Positions 37,425 through 64,000 of a DNA stretch of 64,000 nucleotides are shown piece after piece. The notes under the pieces were generated by a model. That model had not been told where the DNA came from, searched no databases, and was given only the letters and a program-made list of their open reading frames with translations. Made by a program: the position numbers and the translations under genes. Position 1 is the stretch's first letter. Each line of letters starts with the position of its first letter. Source of the stretch: the human T2T-CHM13v2.0 reference genome, Homo sapiens; NCBI RefSeq assembly GCF_009914755.1, contig NC_060943.1; one strand, given 5' to 3'.

Positions 37425-38065
37425 CTGCTTAAAAGAAAAATGTGACATGGAATTATACACCAGAAAATCTTTAGATTTAGATTTGGTTAAATTTATAATT
37501 AACTACAGATCAATATGGCACTTTATAAAGCCTAGGAGCGAAGAATTGCAAGGGAGTTGAAGAATGCTCATATTAAGGTAACTTGAGGGTCACAAGGAAT
37601 AGCCTGTATGAGGTTAAATTAAGTATACTAAGGCCATTATATTAACCATCTGGTCAAGAACAGGCCTTAATATAATTTAACCTCACACAAGCTCTGTTGA
37701 AAGGCAGTATTGTGTAGAGGGAAGAACACAGACTGGATCCAGACTGCCTGGCTTCACATCCTGCCTTTGTTTCTGTGTTACCTAGCAAATTATTAACCTT
37801 TTGTGTCTACGTTTTCTCAAATAAAATGAAGATAATAATATCTTCTCATAGCGTTGTTGTGAGGGTTAATTAATAATGAACAATGCTTAGAATAATGTTT
37901 AAGCCCAAATATATGGTGATGTTTATTAACATATACACATAATATATGTATTAGCTATTAGCTATTTACTGTTATCATTTTGATGAGTGCATACTAAAAG
38001 GTTTTTTGAGACATTCCCAGATCTTTTCTAGGATATTCATTCAATGTTAAATGCCAGGCTTTTAG

Positions 38066-38591
<526 letters not shown>

Positions 38592-38982
38592 TGAGTTTTA
38601 AATAACCTTTCTGGATCCATCTCACACTATGTTCTACAGATTCCTTTGATTTTTAGAGAAACTCAGAACCCCTATGTCTAGGTATTCTACTTGCAGATGG
38701 TGTGAAGCATTTATGTCAATTCTGAGCTCCAATATAAGGTGAAGTCTGGTTTCTTGAACAATGCTTTTGCCATATTCAAATCCATCCCCTTGGATACTAA
38801 GGAAATCAGGAATTACAGAGTCTGAAGGAAGTCTGAAGGGCATAGCAGACTGGACATGATGAAATGGAGAGGCCTAGTTCCAACCTGACAAAGCTTAAAT
38901 CATTCCTTTGAGAATAGAAAGTAGTTTTAGAGAGTTTTTCTAAATATAGTCCTGAAATTGACAGCAGAGAAAGCTAATATCA

Positions 38983-39150
<168 letters not shown>

Positions 39151-39482
39151 TTACTTGTGAAAATAAATTAAATACTTTTAAAATGGAAAGAGGGGAGATT
39201 GAGGATTGCATTGCAGAGAGGGGTCAGATAGCATGCAAACAGCATTGGGCTGAAAACTTGTGACATGAGTAGGGGCCAGTAAGAAAATTAGTATTTCTCA
39301 AGCACTGAGCCTACATGTTCTTGAATAGTCCTGTGGCTATAGATATGATTACATTTTCATCCAAACATTTCTAGAAATGAGTACATAACCCAAAAAAATC
39401 CTAATTAAATGAAATAGTGCACGCAAGCCTTTTGAATACTATGTGCCTCCACCATAAATTCTTTAAAAATATGAGGTCTTGA

Positions 39483-40385
<903 letters not shown>

Positions 40386-40399
40386 CCCTGTATCAATCA

Positions 40400-40925
40400 T
40401 TTTCAATGAGGAGTCATTTTGCTCCCCAAAAGACATCCGGCCATATCTGGAGACAATTTTGGTTGTCACAATCGGAGGAAAGGGTGTGAGTGTTACAGGC
40501 ATCTAATGGGTAGAGGCCAGGGACACTGTTAGACATCCTACAATGCACGGGACGGCCCCCTACAATAAAAGACTCCCCATCAAAATGTCAATAGTTCAGG
40601 CCAGGTGCAGTGGCTCAAGCCTGTAATCCCAGCACTTTGGGAGGCCAAGGCAGGCAGATCACTTGAGGTCAGGAGTTTGAGACCAACCTTGTCAACATGG
40701 TGAAACCCTGTCTCTACTAAAAACACAAAAATCAGCTGGGTGTGGTGGTGGGAGCCTGTAATCTCAGCTACTCAGGAGGCTGACGCAGTAGAATCACTTG
40801 AACCCAGGAGACGGAGGTTGCAGTGAGCTGAGATCACACTACTGCACTCCAGCCTAGGCGACAGAGTAAGACTCGGTCTCAAAAAAAAAAAAAAGTCAAT
40901 AGTTCCAAGGTTGAGAAATCCTGCT
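40400..40925. mobile_element. MER20 DNA transposon interrupted by Alu (+40598-40894)
   Basis: tctggagacaattttggttgtcac..ggcatctaatgggtagaggccaggga..catcctacaatgcac..ccaaggttgagaaatcctg. Confidence 0.85.
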
Positions 40926-41884
40926 CTAGACCAGCACATCCTGTAAAAATACACAATGGACCTCGTTCCTGGCATTCTTCTCCGCAGGAGGAAATCTCCA
41001 TTGATTGAGGTATCTATTTGCAGTCCTATTCTGATCACATCCTATTCACCCTGTTGGTGAAGGAGGGATCCCTGCCCTAAAAAGTACAAGACAATCAAAT
41101 AGCCCACACTGGACAGATGAGATTGACAGCAATTTGTTCGATGCATATATTCAGAGCCTGAGAGAGGACATCATACATCACGCAGGGGCACAAGGGGATT
41201 GCATTTAAGAACAGCATGAACAAGCAGGGGTATGGGAGGCAGGCTTTACAGTAATAACAAGGTGAGGTGTTCCCTGGTTCCTGCAGTGGTATGTGATTGG
41301 CTTGTTTGAATAATTCCATAGGCTAGCAGGGAGGTGAAACCCATTAGGTTGAGGACGACGAGGGGTGTAACTGGTCTAGCTCATAGGAGAACTAGCTGGG
41401 TAGGAAGCCTTTCCCGCTGGGTGTGGGCATATCGGGTAAGAGCAGGGGAACTCATGGTTAGGCCTTTAGGGTCTTGACAAAGTTGTCAAGGCACACATGA
41501 AAGTTTAGGCCTTATCTTATAAGGCCCAATTACATCCCTACCCAATCCACCTAAAAGCCTTACATAGTATAGGGTCTCAACATACATAAAAACTAAGGTC
41601 AGTCAACACTAAATCCTATCCTATATACTTGAAAAACTCAGATCTGTGGAGAAGTTTAGAGTTTTCCCTATAAGCAGTCAGATAAGACCAAATTCTCTCT
41701 TTCATCAAATCACAGATCTTAAGGAAAGCTCAAAATAGGGACCTCCCACTTAACATCAGTAATCCATTCCTGAAAATCAGACATTCTAACGATTAACCAG
41801 GTACCTATTTTCCCATCATTTTATTTACTTTCTTTCCTTCCTTCCTCCTTCTTTCTTTCTTTGCTTTCTTTCCTTTTTCTTTTT

Positions 41885-50575
<8,691 letters not shown>

Positions 50576-50608
50576 ATTTTAATACTAAAGCTCGGTATTA
50601 AGAAAATG

Positions 50609-54775
<4,167 letters not shown>

Positions 54776-55559
54776 CTACTGGAAAGGGGTAGGAATTGGA
54801 ATCTACCTTCATCACCCCATCATTCACTGGGAAGGAAGGCCAAAGCACCAGGTCAGTGGACAGGACATTTCAGGGGTTAAAGTCTAACTAGCTGAAGATT
54901 AACTGGAACAAGCCCGCATAGTCTGACAAAATCATATCTATTGACTGGCAGAAAGGGAGAAAATTCCACAGGAAGGGTTGGAATAGAATGGACGAGAGAG
55001 AGGAGAAAAGCTCTTTCGTAAACGGTTGAGTTCCAGCTGAAAGATTCTAAGGAGGATCTAATGACAGCTGCAATCTGGAATGGCTGCTGTTTCCGAGGTG
55101 AGATTAGGAGAGGCAGGGATTAATGAGATATTGAATGCAATCATGAGTGTAATCAAGAGGGTATCCCCAGTAATAAAATGAAAACAGCAAAGCAAGTCTA
55201 GAACATCACTGGTAAGAAAACTGTAATCTCTCAAAGAGGGAGTCATTATGCCATTTTACAACTACTGCACCACCTGGGGAGAAATCATGTTTTCTATTAA
55301 TTTTGCAACTGGCTTTATCTGTCTCTTCCTTCCTAGCCTGATTAATGACAGAGCTGCTTCATTGTTCAGTCCGAGCTGATTTTCATTCCACAGAAGAGGA
55401 AAGCAAATGCCCCCACGCCCAGAAAAAATAAAAATTACACTTCATGGAACAAAACGGAAACACAAACTCATCTGGATGTTGACTTGTCTATATGCAACAG
55501 CAATCATTTCCTCCTCTCCCCGCTGCCTTCCTAAAGAACAGCAGGATTGGGAAAGGAGA

Positions 55560-56588
<1,029 letters not shown>

Positions 56589-56805
56589 CGGAGGATTTAG
56601 AAAGAAGTTTTGGCACCAGCAGGTGCCTAATATGTGTACTAAACACCTACCAGTTACTCACTGCATACACCCAAGCAAGGTGTGGGCACACATCAGGCAT
56701 GCAATGAAAATACTCTCAAAGCCCACCAGAACCTGGAGCAGGACGTAAACCTAGAAAGGTCGCTCGTGCTCACTGCCCTCTCCCTTTCTCCCACTCTGTC
56801 TCTGT

Positions 56806-56808
<3 letters not shown>

Positions 56809-56857
<49 letters not shown>
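56809..56857. repeat. (TG)24 microsatellite
   Basis: Direct reading. Confidence 0.96.
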
Positions 56858-56858
<1 letters not shown>

Positions 56859-56888
56859 GTATCTCCTGCAGTTGTGAATGTATTGTTC

Positions 56889-59800
<2,912 letters not shown>

Positions 59801-61929
59801 TAAACAATTTAATATCATCATTTAAAATTTGGCTTTTTTCTCAAAATTTCTCAAAAAAAAAAAAGAAAAAAAATTTGTTTTGCTACCCCAATGCTAGAAA
59901 GATACTCTACATTTTCTCCTGAAGCCCTTCTTGCTTTACCTTTTACGATTAGATCACTCATGCATCTGGAATTGATTTATGTATAGTGTGAGGTAAGGGT
60001 CAAGACGAATTTTTTATCAAAACAGATACACAACTGATCCAGTGCTTTTTATTGAAAAGACCACCATTTCCCAACCACATGGCCGAGGAAACTTTATCAC
60101 AAATTAGACAACCACATATATATATAGAGAGAGATCTACTTCAGGGCTCTTTATTTTGTTCCATTGGTCTATTTGTTCATTCTTGCTCATCGAACATTCT
60201 GGTTCATTCTAACATACCTGCCTTAATGACTACAGTACAACTTGTCACATTAACAAACTCAAGGAGAAAAACATCATATCAATGAGCCAAAAAGGCATCT
60301 GACTATATTTAGCAGATATTTCTAATAAAAAAAAAAGTTAAACAAGAACTGAGACAACTGAGCTACAAAATCTATTTATCTCAGACCTAGAGTAAACATT
60401 ACACCAAGTAATTTTCATTAAATTGGAGAAAATGACCAGATGCCTGGTATCACCATGAATACTAAACCTTGTTTTGGAGACTCTATTACAATAACAATAA
60501 TTTAAAAAATAATCACTATAAATATTTAGAAAAAAACAAAATTATATCTATTTGCAGTTGACACACCTGATTGCCTAGAAAACCAAGAGTCTAGTAAAAA
60601 ATAAAATTTAAAAGATTATTAGGTAATAATGAAAGCTATGATTGTATCCACATTTAACGTATTCATATGACAATATCAACATAAATACAATATGGGAGAA
60701 GGTAAGTCCATTTATAACAAAGGACTACTATCTAGAATTTTATTTTTTAAGAATCTTATAATTCTTATATTTTAAAAGCTTTTTTAAAGGAACACAGGCA
60801 AAGACATAAATTGGCAAGTTACAGCGTTTAGCCAATATTCAGATGTGAAAATATGCCCAATTCACTATTAACCAGGAAAATATTACTATGCATACCAGAA
60901 GTAAGGATATAAGGAAATAAGGAAAACATATTTCACTGGTTGAAGGGATTGTGCACTGGGAGCATACTGATGCTCTCTACTTCTATGACAGTATCTAGTG
61001 AGGTTGAAAGTAAATATTAACTATGACTGAGCAATCCTACTTTTGATAAATACCTTAGAGAAACTCTTGCTTATGTACAGTAATAAACACAGACCTATTC
61101 AATAAGGTATTTTTCACAGTGAGAAATTGCTTATCACCTAAATATTGATCAATAAGAAAGTTTAAATACATATAATGTATATATAAAAGATAGGACTAGT
61201 GGGCTTTCTATTCTATTGAAAAGTATCATTCAAAAAAAGCAAGCAGCTGGTTACAAAGCATGATGGGAGTTGCTTTCCTCACCATACCAGTAATCATACA
61301 TCTGCCATAATGCTGACATTTTCATCTTCGAAGTCCTTTTGGTTATCGCAGCATCTGCCAAAGTAGAATCACATCTGCAATAGGTATTGGGAATGGGAGT
61401 TCTATGGTGAAGTCTGAATTACACTGAGTTAAATAAAATAAAACTCCATTTTCTTTCATATTGATAGGCACATAATGTGACTTTTTCCCCCAAGAAATAT
61501 AGTACACAGAGCTCTCATACATGTTTCACAAAATCATTTCCTTCAAGTAGGATTAAGTACTAGTGTTCTGTGGAACATAGTTTCAGAAATTTTGAGTAAA
61601 GGTACTGTCTCCAGAAGACCTCTGTTAATGTGAAAATGTTACCTAAGAGGAGAAACACATTGTCCTATTAGCAAAACCTAATTTTATTATAGCACTTAAA
61701 ATAGTCTTCTTCATGTTACATTTTACTGTTTACAAATTAAAAACCATGTGAAATCTTGGGTGGACAAGATGTATTATTCTAGATGATTAATGACTAATTA
61801 ATGACATCTGCCCAATCTGAGCAAACTGGACTTGGAGGTACAAATCTTAATCTATGAATAGAGTGACATTACAGAGATTTGGTTAAAAATAAAGAGTTGT
61901 GGCAATACTTACTTTTATTTTGTGGAAGG

Positions 61930-64000
61930 TGCTGTGGTTTGAATGTGTCCCCCAAAGTTCATTTCCAAGTTTTTGGGAGAAACTTGATCCCCAATGCAAC
62001 AATATTAAGAGGTGGGACTGTTAAGAGGTGATTAGGCCATGAGGAGTCTGCCCTTAGGAATGGATTAATGTTGTTACCACAGGAATGGGTTTGTTATCAC
62101 GTGAGTGGGTTTCTTATAAAAGGGTGAGTTTGGCCCCTTTTGCTGGCTTGCTCTCTCTCTCACCCCCTTTGCCCTTCCGCCATGAGATGACACAGCAAGA
62201 GGCCACTCATAAGATGTCAGCCTGTCAATCTTGGGCTTCTCAGTCTCCAGAACCATGAGTCAATAAATTTCTGTTTGCTGTGGATTACTGAGTCTGTAGT
62301 ATTCTGTTATAGCAACACAAAACAGACTAAGACAGAAAATTGGTACTGGAAAAGTACGCAGTTGCTATAATGAATAACTGAAAGTGTGGAAGTGGCTTTG
62401 GAACTAGGTAATGGGTAAGAGCTGAAAAAGTTTTGAACTGGATGTCAGAAAAAGACTATTGCTGTGGGTGGAATGTTAAAGGGTGATTCTGGTGAGGGCT
62501 CAGAAGAGCTGTATGGAAAGTCTGAAACTTTTTAGAGATTACTTCAGTGGTTGTGATCAGAATGTTGATAAATATAGGGATGGCAAAGGCAATTCTGGTG
62601 AGGTCTCAGCTGGAAATGAGAAACAAGGTATTGGAAACTGGAATAAAGGCCATCCTTATTAGAAATTAACAAAGAATCTGGCTGAATTTGTGTCCATGCC
62701 TTGGGCTTTATTGGAAGGCAGAATTTAAGAGCAATGAACTAATATGTGGTGGAAGAAATTTCTAAGGAAAATACTGAAAGAGCTACATGGCTTCTTTTAA
62801 CTGCATATAGTAAGATGTGAGAGGTAGAAATGATTTAAAGATAAAACATAATTAAAAGGCAGGCAGAACAAAAAGATATGGAAAATTTGCAGCCTGGCCA
62901 TTTATGAAGTGAAAAGGTGTGTTTAGGAGTGCAAACCAAGGTTGTATCCCCAGAGACTGCTGAAAAGATTAGTATGAATAGAAGGAAGACAGGAGCTATC
63001 AAGACAGTGGGAGAATGACCCTGAAGGCATTCTGGCGCTCTTTGAGGCTGCCCCTTCCATCACAGACAGCATTCACTGGCTCATGCTGCCTCATGACTCT
63101 GCTTCCCACATGCCAGTAGAGTGCCCTTGGCTGCCCCAGCCATTGGTTCCTGCTGGCTCAGGTGTGGCTCAGCCCGCCACTGGGCATAAGCTGTAAGCTT
63201 GTGGTGGCAGCATCAATGTGGTGCTAATTTGGCAGGAGTGCAGAATGCAAGAGTCACGGGGGCATGGCTTCCTTCACTTAGATTTCAAAGGATGCCTTGG
63301 GTAGCCTGGGGGCCCAGTCAGATTTGTCCATGAGCAGAACCACTGCAGAGAGTCCCCACTAGGACAGTGCCTAATGGAGAGAGGCCATCCCCAAGACCCC
63401 AGAACTGAAGACCTACCAGTGTAAAACTCCAACCTGTGACAGATGCTCTATGGCATAAGCCCAGCAAAGCCATGGGGGCAAGGCTGTCTGAGAACCAGCC
63501 CCCACCCCAGTGTGTCCAAGTAGGTCATAGAGTTAAGGAAGGGTCTTCTGGAGCCTTAAGAGTTAATGTTGTTTGGCTGGGTGCGCTGGCTCACGCCTGT
63601 AATCCCAGCACTTTGGAGGCCGAGGCAGGTGGATCACCTGAGGTCAGGAGTTCAAGACCAGCCTGGCCAACATGGTGAAACCCCATCTCTACTAAAAATA
63701 CAAAAATTAGCTGGGCATGGTGGCAGATGCTGTAATCCCAGCTACTCGGGAGGCTGAGGCAGGAGAATCGCTTGAATCTGGAGACAGAGGTTGCAGTGGG
63801 CCGAGATCACACCATTGCACTCCAGCCTGGGTGACAGAGCGAGACTCCGTCTCAAAAAAAAGAGTTAATGTTGTTTGCACTGTTGGGTTTTGGACCTACT
63901 TGGGACCAGTTATCCCCTTTTTCTTCCCTATTTCTTTCAGAATAGGAATGTCTAGGCTATGCCTGTCCCACTGTTGTGTTTTGGGAGTAAATATCTTGCT
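61930..64000 (+). mobile_element. MST MaLR element: 5' LTR (61930-62334) plus internal region, with Alu at 63576-63861
   Basis: TGCTGTGGTTTGAATG...GACTAAGACA followed by gaaaattggtact and MaLR-int motifs (gtggctttggaactaggtaatggg, cttagatttcaaaggatg). Confidence 0.88.

Noticed and set aside
61343-61377. Possible acceptor ttgcag| giving DVILLWQMLR* as an alternative last exon of an upstream KRAB gene
   Set aside because: Weak pyrimidine tract, and the upstream exons are outside the window, so it cannot be supported.

Overview
Primate (almost certainly human) genomic DNA from an Alu-dense KRAB zinc-finger region, most likely chr19q13.12 (inferred from gene identity). The main gene is ZFP14 on the minus strand. 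It has a CpG-island promoter and non-coding exon 1 at ~56.1 kb and four coding exons (ATG 44775-44783, KRAB-A 39003-39129, KRAB-B 37326-37424, zinc-finger exon 17116-18482). These splice in frame to 533 aa with 13 C2H2 fingers, followed by a long Alu-containing 3' UTR. Downstream on the same strand are a HERV-K(HML-2) solo LTR5 (9064-10016), a second CpG-island promoter with a 52-codon ORF (probably LINC00665 exon 1 and its micropeptide CIP2A-BP), and a two-LTR HERV-T/S71 provirus (1761-7938, tRNA-Thr primer site). The provirus is the most interesting object. It has lost NC-PR-RT, part of RNase H and almost all of env. The env deletion is in frame and leaves an intact 56-codon mini-Env (leader fused to the cytoplasmic tail) behind a good splice acceptor. 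Its long leader keeps a broken pre-gag ORF with a transmembrane helix. The rest is about 70 Alus, L1 relics, MaLR LTRs and DNA-transposon fossils. Repeat coordinates are read by eye and approximate. Gene and repeat-family names are recalled, not database-verified.
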